DNA from: a bacterium
GTDB taxonomy: Bacteria > Muiribacteriota > UBA6191
Direction: 5' to 3'
Assembly: GCA_036339875.1 (NCBI GenBank)
Contig: JAYZAC010000099.1
Coordinates: 1 to 61,602 of the forward strand
Length of the DNA: 61,602 nucleotides
The translations under genes and the position numbers were made by a program. Positions within the stretch are counted from its first letter, which is position 1, and the number at the start of each line of letters is the position of its first letter. The notes beneath the pieces are model-generated. The model was given only the letters and a program-made list of their open reading frames with translations. It searched no databases and was not told the DNA's origin. This document shows positions 1-7,348 of this stretch, one piece after another.

Positions 1-83
1 AAGCGATCGAACCGATGAGAGCAACCCCAGAACGACATACAACTAGCCAACACAATAAGGTGGATTACTTTACGATTTAACAT
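1..83 (-). CDS. putative lipoprotein, N-terminal fragment (gene runs off the left edge)
   Basis: The reverse-strand ATG at 83-81 reads MLNRKVIHLIVLASCMSFWGCSHRFDR. It has a basic n-region, a hydrophobic core and an L-A-S-C lipobox-like motif. Only 27 codons are visible. Confidence 0.35.
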   Translation of the reverse strand, partial: MLNRKVIHLIVLASCMSFWGCSHRFDR

Positions 84-429
84 GGTCCTCAGAGCACCCA
101 AAATCACATAAATTGGATTAAATGACGAATTTTTGTCCATACTAAGCTAAGCTTAGCTAAAATTCAATATCAGAGATAAAAACATCCAGTTAAACATTAA
201 TAATACTTGCATTTAGGGCTTAAAAGCGTAAACATTAGGGTATGCCGACCAAGATGTTAATTGTTTATCTACTGATTTTTCTAACTCCCCTTGTAGCGTT
301 AGTATACATAATTCTAGCTCTACCTTTTACCGAGTTACTCATGCCATATTCTGAGGTAGAATCTCAAGAACAATTACAAACGAAACTTTGAAACAATCCA
401 GAGCTAAATTATTAGCCCAAAATTTACAT

Positions 430-458
430 TTCAACACCTGAGAGCTACTGTGTATAAT
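430..458 (+). promoter_or_regulatory. candidate sigma-70-type promoter for ssrA
   Basis: TTCAAC (430-435), a 17-nt spacer, then TATAAT (453-458). It ends about 20 nt upstream of the mature tmRNA 5' end. Confidence 0.4.
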
Positions 459-477
459 TGGGCTCTGTATTTCCTTA

Positions 478-830
478 GGGGGTGTTTGGATTCGACAGGA
501 TAGGAAAGTTGAGATTTGCAGTTCGAAGTTGATGGAATGGCTTCGTTAAAATTCCATCACAGCATAAATGCTGATGACGATTTATTAATGGCAGCTTAAT
601 TGTTCTTGCCATCGTCCAAAACTTGAATCACCGGGTCGAGTTCTAGGGCGCAATTTTACTGGTGTATAAACCTAGATAGGCTTCTAGTCTAGGTTCGAAT
701 TAATTAGGAGCTAAGCCCGGCTTGACTGGTCAGCAGGTTACCCTGGGTCTAAAACTAATAGCTGGCTATGACTGTAGACGATTTCAAGGGAACTATTACC
801 TGGACGGGAGTTCGATTCTCCCCACCTCCA
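478..830 (+). ncRNA. ssrA: tmRNA (transfer-messenger RNA), one-piece
   Basis: The 5' GGGGGTGTTTGGATTCGACAGG matches the conserved tmRNA start. Acceptor stem GGGGGTG (478-484) pairs with CACCTCC (823-829), including the G3:U pair. The T-arm is GGGAG-TTCGATT-CTCCC (806-822) and the discriminator is A830. CCA is not encoded. The tag frame GCT GAT GAC GAT TTA TTA ATG GCA GCT TAA (570-599) gives ADDDLLMAA. Confidence 0.9.
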
Positions 831-839
831 AAGGCAATC

Positions 840-1961
840 ATGGATTTCGAAGAAAAAAAACGACTTCAAAACATTTATGACGCTGAAGTAACTCAGCGAC
901 TACTCAATCCCTCCGAATCCAAAGTTTATTCTGAGTTAACTCGCCAGAAACATCCGGATATTTCGCTCAACACTTTTGGATGCGTTGAACTACTGCCCTT
1001 CATTAAATTAGAATTCAAGAATCAAAAACCCATTGAAATTATGGACTTTGGCTGCGGAGCTGGTAGTGACCTTGCTTTATATCATCGAGAATTGCAAATT
1101 AGCCGAGCAGTGGGTATTGAAATTAGCAAAAAAATGCTTTCACAAGCTCTAACTTTATCTGAGCCAATTGAATGGATCAATGGGGATCATTTTGATCTGA
1201 TGAAGCTTGACCAGAAATTCGACTGCATAACAAGTAATGCTGTTATTCATCTCATACGAAACAAATCCATAGTACTCAAAAATATTTTCTCAAAACTAAA
1301 AAAACAAGGAGTTTTGATTAGTGCTGAATTTGTCACTAGTAAGCCTCTGCCCCCAATCTTCATGGAACATTACAAAGAAAGTGATGGATTATTCTTGTTC
1401 GGTGGCTTAATAGATCGAACCAGTTACTTAAACTTACACTTTGAGGCCAATTTTGAAGAAGTTGAAATACTAAAAAGAATTAAATTTGATCCGAAACCAC
1501 AAATTAAAAATCTTCTGCTGAATGCCCGCCCTAAAAATTATCAAGAAATGATGAAATCACTTGATGAGATTGCATTCGAAATTTTAGTTACACGCTCACA
1601 GAAGGAACTAGCATCAGAGCAAGTGGCTTACCAATGCGTAAAATGTGGTGCACTTCAAGTTGCCTCTAACAAATTTTATCGCTCATTAAACTGCCAAGTA
1701 CATAAAAATCTCGTAAAATTAATGCATGAGACTCAATGGTCAAAATGCGAAAATTGCAAAACTGAGCAGTTCATTGCTCCGTTTCAGATCCATGAAATGC
1801 AAAACAAGAAAATGGCATTCTGCTTTCCCAGTAGTATGGAAAATGATAAGCACAAGATACAGCGCGATATTTTGGCTCCGTTCATGCAGCGTTTACCACA
1901 TTACAAAATGCTTTTGTGCTTCTATCCTAATCAGCTCAATACTTTCCTCTACAGTTCATAG
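840..1961 (+). CDS. class I SAM-dependent methyltransferase (ArsM/Methyltransf_31-like) with a C-terminal CxxC...CxxC zinc-ribbon-like extension
   Basis: Motif I is IMDFGCGAGSD. FGCVELLP precedes it, as in ArsM-like enzymes, but SNAV replaces SNCV. The C-terminus carries CVKCG and CENCK. The listed ORF start at 768 lies inside the tmRNA, so I use the first ATG after it, at 840. Confidence 0.75.
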   Translation: MDFEEKKRLQNIYDAEVTQRLLNPSESKVYSELTRQKHPDISLNTFGCVELLPFIKLEFKNQKPIEIMDFGCGAGSDLALYHRELQISRAVGIEISKKMLSQALTLSEPIEWINGDHFDLMKLDQKFDCITSNAVIHLIRNKSIVLKNIFSKLKKQGVLISAEFVTSKPLPPIFMEHYKESDGLFLFGGLIDRTSYLNLHFEANFEEVEILKRIKFDPKPQIKNLLLNARPKNYQEMMKSLDEIAFEILVTRSQKELASEQVAYQCVKCGALQVASNKFYRSLNCQVHKNLVKLMHETQWSKCENCKTEQFIAPFQIHEMQNKKMAFCFPSSMENDKHKIQRDILAPFMQRLPHYKMLLCFYPNQLNTFLYSS

Positions 1962-2517
1962 TCAAAAAAATAATCAGAATCAACGGTCTTTATTACCTAC
2001 TTTTTACCCCGGAAATCCTCCCCTCAAAACTATTGATATAGAGTCTAGATCCATAAATCTACCATCTACAGGTACAATTCAGGTAGTTAGCTTCTTAAAT
2101 AAGCATTCTGGTGATGCAATAAAACGCTGGGCAGAGCTTTTACCATTGAAAAAACTAAAGGGTAGTAAAGTCCAATTTACAAATATTATATTTCCGGGGG
2201 GATTATTTTTTATGATCCCAAAATCAAAGGCAATATCAAAAATTCGAAAGACTATTGTCAAAGAAATTACTCAATTTCAAAAGGATTGGCCTTTAGAAGA
2301 GAAAAAAAAATATAAAAATTTACAAATTCATTGGGTGGTCGATTTCAAGCGTAGGCTCTTCAAAGCTTATGATTTAAGCTCTCGAAACTCTTATTTATTC
2401 CTGATAAATGACAAAGGACAACTGCTTAAAAAATTAAGACAAGATGATCATAGTCAAGTGCATAGTTTCCTTAAACTTTTATTGAGAGAAATCGAAAGAA
2501 CCTCAATGACTCAATAG
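1843..2517 (+). CDS. hypothetical protein, possibly secreted; start uncertain
   Basis: The frame stays open for about 185 codons beyond the upstream stop in an AT-rich genome. No ATG, GTG or TTG lies just after 1961. Candidate ATGs at 1843 and 1792 sit inside the upstream gene. The ATG at 1843 gives a weak signal-peptide-like MISTRYSAIFWL...ILISSILSSTVHS. Confidence 0.45.
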   Translation: MISTRYSAIFWLRSCSVYHITKCFCASILISSILSSTVHSQKNNQNQRSLLPTFYPGNPPLKTIDIESRSINLPSTGTIQVVSFLNKHSGDAIKRWAELLPLKKLKGSKVQFTNIIFPGGLFFMIPKSKAISKIRKTIVKEITQFQKDWPLEEKKKYKNLQIHWVVDFKRRLFKAYDLSSRNSYLFLINDKGQLLKKLRQDDHSQVHSFLKLLLREIERTSMTQ

Positions 2518-2678
2518 TATTAATCTTGAGAAGTAAGCTGCAAGCATTGATTTTTCAACAATCAACCTTTACACTAGCGGCTTTCGAGCTTACAAAATCC
2601 GTCTGATTTGGCGTATTTTGGCTTCCCGCTTTCATTTGAATACCCTGATGGGTTAAGGTCAATTGTGAGGAGATCCCA

Positions 2679-2912
2679 ATGACGGAAACTAACACAAATA
2701 CTAGCGACTACAAAAAAGATATCGTTGATATCATGATGGAGAGTCAAGAATATCGTTCGTTAATCTTTCATATCGCCTCGATTACACCGGAAGAAAGACT
2801 AAAACTTGACCGACCTGCACTACTCGAGAGGAGCTGGGATGCTCTAATCTCTGGGAATAATGCGGATTACGCTGTACTCAACTACTATGTGAGAAAAGGT
2901 CTTCTAAAGTAG
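2679..2912 (+). CDS. hypothetical 77-aa protein, first gene of the Cys/Met-clpP string
   Basis: GAGGAG lies a few nt upstream of the ATG. The gene ends 8 nt before the next gene. I recognise no motif. Confidence 0.55.
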   Translation: MTETNTNTSDYKKDIVDIMMESQEYRSLIFHIASITPEERLKLDRPALLERSWDALISGNNADYAVLNYYVRKGLLK

Positions 2913-2920
2913 GAGTGACT

Positions 2921-3838
2921 ATGAATATCGCCCAGAGATCTATAGATCTTATTGGAAATACCCCGATTCAAGTCTTAAATAATATTCGCGAAGACTCAGA
3001 GGGTCAGATTTGGGGTAAACTTGAATATCTAGGGCCGGGGTCATCAATCAAAGATCGCATAGCTAAATATATGGTTGAGAAAGCTGAAGATTCAGGGGAA
3101 CTAAAATTTGGTTTTACAATTATAGAAGCAACCGCGGGTAATACCGGAGTCGGATTAGCCCTTGTTGCGGCGGCAAAAGGATATAATTTCATTTGTATTA
3201 TGCCCCAAAAATTCTCTTTAGAAAAACAGCAATTGATTGAATTTATGGGAGGTAAGGTCTTAAGAACGCCAACAGAAGACGGTATGAAAGGTGCGATAGA
3301 AAAAGCAGTTCAAATTCGTAAAGAAATTGGAAAAGCATGGATTGCTAATCAATTTTCTAACACAGATAATCCACTTTGCCATTATCAGACAACTGGTCGC
3401 GAAATATGGGAGCAAACAAAAGGTAAAGTTACTCATATAGCACTAGGTGCTGGCACAGGGGGCACTTTTTCTGGAGTTAGTAAGTATCTCAAAGAGAGAA
3501 ATCCAAACGTACAGTGCTATGTGGTGGAACCCCAAGGATCTATTCTTGGAGGAGGGGAATACAAAGAATATTGGGTAGAAGGAATCGGTAATAGTTTCTT
3601 TCCGGATACACTCGATATGAGTCTAGCTGACGGTATATTATCAATTCCATGTGCTGAATCGAAAGCAATGGTTAGAACTTTGGCTGAAAAGGAACAAATT
3701 CTCGCTGGTGGCTCAACAGGTGCTAATGTGGTAGCGGCTAAACAATTGGCTCGTAAAGGCGGGCCAGAATCAATCGTTGTAACTGTAATATGTGATCGTA
3801 TGGAACGCTACATGAGCAAGGGAATCATGGAGTCATGA
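2921..3838 (+). CDS. PLP-dependent cysteine synthase / cystathionine beta-synthase family enzyme (CysK/MccA-like)
   Basis: PLP-lysine motif SSIKDRIA, TAGNTGV loop, GAGTGGTFSG, and VEGIGNSFFP. AGGAG at 2911-2915 favours the ATG at 2921 over the GTG at 2915. Confidence 0.9.
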   Translation: MNIAQRSIDLIGNTPIQVLNNIREDSEGQIWGKLEYLGPGSSIKDRIAKYMVEKAEDSGELKFGFTIIEATAGNTGVGLALVAAAKGYNFICIMPQKFSLEKQQLIEFMGGKVLRTPTEDGMKGAIEKAVQIRKEIGKAWIANQFSNTDNPLCHYQTTGREIWEQTKGKVTHIALGAGTGGTFSGVSKYLKERNPNVQCYVVEPQGSILGGGEYKEYWVEGIGNSFFPDTLDMSLADGILSIPCAESKAMVRTLAEKEQILAGGSTGANVVAAKQLARKGGPESIVVTVICDRMERYMSKGIMES

Positions 3839-4983
3839 GAAAATTAGCAACTCAAGTAATTCATGAAGGCTACAAACCTGAACCATTGGCTGGGTGTGTT
3901 GCACCTCCGATATATATGTCTACTACATATGCTCAGAAAAATGTTGGAGAGCATAATGGTTATGAGTATGCTCGCAGTAATAATCCAACACGAGAAATGC
4001 TTGAAAAAAATATTTCTGCTCTTGAGGGAGCTGTAGGTGCTACAGCTTATTCAACGGGTATGGCAGCGATCTCATGCCTGCTTCTGAATCTTGGTCAAAA
4101 CAGTCATGTTCTAGCCTCAGCAAACGTTTACGGCGGTACATATAGAGTATTCCAAAAAATATTTACTAATTTGGGTCTCGAATTTGATTTCGTACCGAGT
4201 GCATCTGCGCAAGAAATGAAACCTTACTTTAAGGAAAATACTAAACTTGTATTTATAGAAACTCCAACTAATCCATTGATGGAAATTAGCCCGATACAGG
4301 ATATCTGCGATTTAGCGCATGAGAATGGTGCGAAAGTTTGCGTTGATAATACTTTTCTTACCCCCATTTTACAGAGACCAATTAACCATGGAGCAGATTA
4401 CGTAATCCATTCTGCAACCAAATACTTAGGTGGACATTCTGACGTTTTAGGCGGCATACTATGCTGTGCTGACGGAAAAGACCATGAACAAAATAAGTTC
4501 AGCCAAAAATCCGTTGGAGCCGTTCTATCGCCATTTGATTCTTGGTTAATCTTGCGAGGAATAAAAACCTTAGCACTGCGTATGAAAGCACATCAAAATA
4601 ATGCTACGAAAGTGGCCCAATTCATGCAAGAACATAGCCTGATTAGAAAGGTATATTATCCGGGTCTTGAGGATCACAAGGGTTATGATATAAATGCTTC
4701 ACAAACTGATGGCCCTGGGGGAATGCTAGCTTTCGAATTGTCAAATCCTGACAAGGTAGATGAGTTTTTAGCATCACTAGATGTGTTTACTCTTGCAGAA
4801 AGCTTGGGGGCTGTTGAATCACTAGTTTGTGTTCCCGCAAAAATGACTCATGCCTCAATTCCTAGGGAAGAAAGAAGAAAAGTGGGTATTGAAGACTCCC
4901 TGATTCGACTCTCGATAGGGATTGAAGATGCCGATGACCTCTTAGAAGACCTCGATCGGGCACTACACAAAATAAGTACTTAA
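3835..4983 (+). CDS. cystathionine gamma-lyase / gamma-synthase family (Cys/Met-metabolism PLP enzyme, MccB/MetB-like)
   Basis: SATKYLGGHSD PLP-lysine motif and a full-length family pattern (YARSNNPTR, DNTFLTP). It overlaps the upstream stop in an ATGA. Confidence 0.9.
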   Translation: MRKLATQVIHEGYKPEPLAGCVAPPIYMSTTYAQKNVGEHNGYEYARSNNPTREMLEKNISALEGAVGATAYSTGMAAISCLLLNLGQNSHVLASANVYGGTYRVFQKIFTNLGLEFDFVPSASAQEMKPYFKENTKLVFIETPTNPLMEISPIQDICDLAHENGAKVCVDNTFLTPILQRPINHGADYVIHSATKYLGGHSDVLGGILCCADGKDHEQNKFSQKSVGAVLSPFDSWLILRGIKTLALRMKAHQNNATKVAQFMQEHSLIRKVYYPGLEDHKGYDINASQTDGPGGMLAFELSNPDKVDEFLASLDVFTLAESLGAVESLVCVPAKMTHASIPREERRKVGIEDSLIRLSIGIEDADDLLEDLDRALHKIST

Positions 4984-4992
4984 GGAGTAATG

Positions 4993-5577
4993 ATGTCGGA
5001 AAACGAAGTAAGTAAGCAAGAAAACGAAGATCTTAGCCTTCTAGAAAAAAGCCTGAAATCTAGACGAATACTTTTGAGTGAAGACGTTAATTCAAAATCT
5101 GCTAAGAAGGTTATCGATCGGCTTTTTTTATTGGAAACTGAGAATTCAGATAAACCGATTTACTTTTTCATTAATTCTCCAGGTGGAGAGGTCAATTCTG
5201 GCTTGGCAATTTATGATGTAATGGAATTCATTAAATGTCCTGTTTATACAATTGGATGTGGTCTCGTAGCATCAATTGCTGCAATTATTCACCTGCAGCC
5301 CCAAAAAGAAATGCGCCTATCACTTCCTCATGCCGAATACTTACTTCATCAGCCCTTGGGACAAATGCAAGGTAGTGCAAGTGAGCTAGAAATTCATGCG
5401 AAACAAATTCTTAAAACAAGAGCAGAACTAAACAGTCTAATTTCAGATAAAACCGGACATAAGTTAGATGTTGTGGCCGAAAACACGAAACGCGATTTCT
5501 GGATGGATGCCCGAGAAAGTTTAGAATGGGGATTGGTCGGTAAAATTGTGCGCAGTAGTACGGAGCTACCTGAATAA
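4993..5577 (+). CDS. clpP: ATP-dependent Clp protease proteolytic subunit
   Basis: FINSPGGEV motif. The catalytic Ser (VASIA), His (LLHQP) and Asp (KRDFWMD) are all present. AAGGAG lies at 4982-4987. The tandem ATGs at 4990 and 4993 are both possible; 4993 has better spacing. Confidence 0.9.
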   Translation: MSENEVSKQENEDLSLLEKSLKSRRILLSEDVNSKSAKKVIDRLFLLETENSDKPIYFFINSPGGEVNSGLAIYDVMEFIKCPVYTIGCGLVASIAAIIHLQPQKEMRLSLPHAEYLLHQPLGQMQGSASELEIHAKQILKTRAELNSLISDKTGHKLDVVAENTKRDFWMDARESLEWGLVGKIVRSSTELPE

Positions 5578-5594
5578 TTATTACCACTGAAGAT

Positions 5595-6794
5595 TTACCC
5601 TTCTAGGGCATCTTCCTTAATTCGAATCTGCTCTTCTAATTCGAGAAGTCGCTTTTCAGCCTTGGCAGTGCCCTTTTGTATCTTCCCCCTAATATCAGGG
5701 GGAAACTCTTCACCACTCAACATCTCTTCGCTTAATTCTTTGAATTTGCGTAGTACTTTCAATTTATCCTGATCTGAATCGGCCCTCTCTAATTTTTCTT
5801 TGAGTTTCATACCCATTTTTATAACTTCACGAGCCTTCTGAATTTGCCTTTCATTCAGGTCTTTTTGATATTTCTCTAAAAAAGAGTCCAAAACATCTTC
5901 GTTTAAATCTAGTGCCGCAAATTTATCAAGTTCACTCGATGCTTCTACTGGTGCAATTTTTTCTATCTTCGTTTCTAAACGCAAAGCATAAAAAATTAGA
6001 GCATGCGAATCTGCAAATAGAATTGCTTTTTCTTTAGCTTTTCTCGCATCCGAATACCACTTTTGGACGAAATTTAGATAACCCCATTGATAATAACTCC
6101 AGAAAGTCTTTTCTTCCTCGAGACGTTTTGCGAAGCTTTGCATTGCAGTAACTAAATAATAAATTTTTCTACGGGCCTTCTCTACACCGGAAGGAAGCTT
6201 TACCTCATTTTTCAAATCAATTTCTGGGTACAACTTAAACACCTGAAAAACAAGATCTGCCCGCTCATCGGTAGCGTCCTTTATTGCATGCATTCTAGAA
6301 GCTAATTCTAATGCCTTATCTTGACATCTAACAACGTAGCCTTTCGCTGATTGTATAAATTCATTATCCTCCGTACCGTCAACTTCTAACAAATAATTCA
6401 AATGGTCTACAGCCCTAGCATACTCGCCTAACTCAAAGAGAACTTTACCCATTTTATAGTGATATTCTAATGGTTCTGTATCGTCATCTAGAAGAAACTC
6501 CAATGCCGGTTTTGCAGCGGCCCAATTGGCAACATTCAAATGATCATCTGCATAACTCAAGATCTCTTCAATCTCCATCTCATCGAAATCTATGACCTCA
6601 GCTTTAGATTCGTTAGGTTGTGTCGTTGAAGAGGCAACATGAATCTCTAATTCATTTTGTACATTTTTTTCCAAGAACTGAGAACTATTATCAATTGGCT
6701 CATTATCGCTGTTTTTCTTGGTACATCCAAAAAACATCAAAAAGCTAGCTAGCCCAATTAAGCAAATTAGAAAATTTTTGATAAAAAAATTCAA
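5595..6794 (-). CDS. TPR-like helical lipoprotein, function unknown
   Basis: TTG start with GGGAAG upstream. The signal peptide ends in FFGC (lipobox-like). The remainder is helical and TPR-like with a charged coiled-coil C-terminus. Confidence 0.7.
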   Translation of the reverse strand: MNFFIKNFLICLIGLASFLMFFGCTKKNSDNEPIDNSSQFLEKNVQNELEIHVASSTTQPNESKAEVIDFDEMEIEEILSYADDHLNVANWAAAKPALEFLLDDDTEPLEYHYKMGKVLFELGEYARAVDHLNYLLEVDGTEDNEFIQSAKGYVVRCQDKALELASRMHAIKDATDERADLVFQVFKLYPEIDLKNEVKLPSGVEKARRKIYYLVTAMQSFAKRLEEEKTFWSYYQWGYLNFVQKWYSDARKAKEKAILFADSHALIFYALRLETKIEKIAPVEASSELDKFAALDLNEDVLDSFLEKYQKDLNERQIQKAREVIKMGMKLKEKLERADSDQDKLKVLRKFKELSEEMLSGEEFPPDIRGKIQKGTAKAEKRLLELEEQIRIKEDALEG

Positions 6795-6822
6795 TGTAGA
6801 ATCTTCCCTGCCATTATCTTAG

Positions 6823-7065
6823 TCAAAACACGGTACTTCGAGTGAGTCCGAAAAACATAACGTAGGCCTGCCTCAGAAGAATTCCAGCCATTACCATACT
6901 GACTAAAATAATTAATAATTCAACTTCTTCAGGAAATTCGTCATTCGAACTAAGCTCCTCAAAATCCTCGCACTTATAAAATTTTAACCAAATGATTCGT
7001 ATGACAGAGCCCATCAATAAAGTTAACCCCAAAATTAAATATAAATATTTCCAAGAAAATTCCAT
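6823..7065 (-). CDS. small two-TM membrane protein (hypothetical)
   Basis: Two hydrophobic segments flank an acidic loop. It ends 28 nt upstream of the lipoprotein gene on the same strand. Confidence 0.4.
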   Translation of the reverse strand: MEFSWKYLYLILGLTLLMGSVIRIIWLKFYKCEDFEELSSNDEFPEEVELLIILVSMVMAGILLRQAYVMFFGLTRSTVF

Positions 7066-7348
7066 AAGATTTATTAAGACTAATACTGAACCAGTCTAGC
7101 ATAACTAATAACACTATTACTGAGTAATTCCAAGGCAAGCTATCATCAGTACTTAGACAAATAGTCATACATTTTATCTTTAATACTTATACTTTTTGTG
7201 CTAAATTCCGATATAAACTGCGCTGAATGCTGCGGATTTTTCATTGCTCTCAGCACCGAGTATCAGTAAAAAATAACATAGGGATATTAGAATAGGGATT
7301 AGCATAAAGATACTATAATTCAAATTTCCTACCCGAATTGAGAAGCAT

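Noticed and set aside
242-391. An unlisted 49-aa ORF (MPTKMLIVYLLIFLTPLVALVYIILALPFTELLMPYSEVESQEQLQTKL) upstream of ssrA.
   Set aside because: It is plausible as a one-TM micro-protein, but it has no clear RBS and nothing to distinguish it from a chance ORF in AT-rich DNA. I did not report it as a feature.
768-839. The 5' extension of the ORF-track entry 768..1961 (MTVDDFKGTITWTGVRFSPPPKAI).
   Set aside because: These codons are the 3' third of the tmRNA (T-arm and acceptor stem). The frame is open by chance, and the CDS is taken from the first ATG after the tmRNA, at 840.
2518-2678. A possible SAM-II/SAM-V-type riboswitch (GATTT...TTTTGGCTT) in the leader of the Cys/Met string.
   Set aside because: I could not find the matching 3' AAAGCU-type element or a convincing pseudoknot by eye. 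I keep it only as a leader worth scanning and make no riboswitch call.
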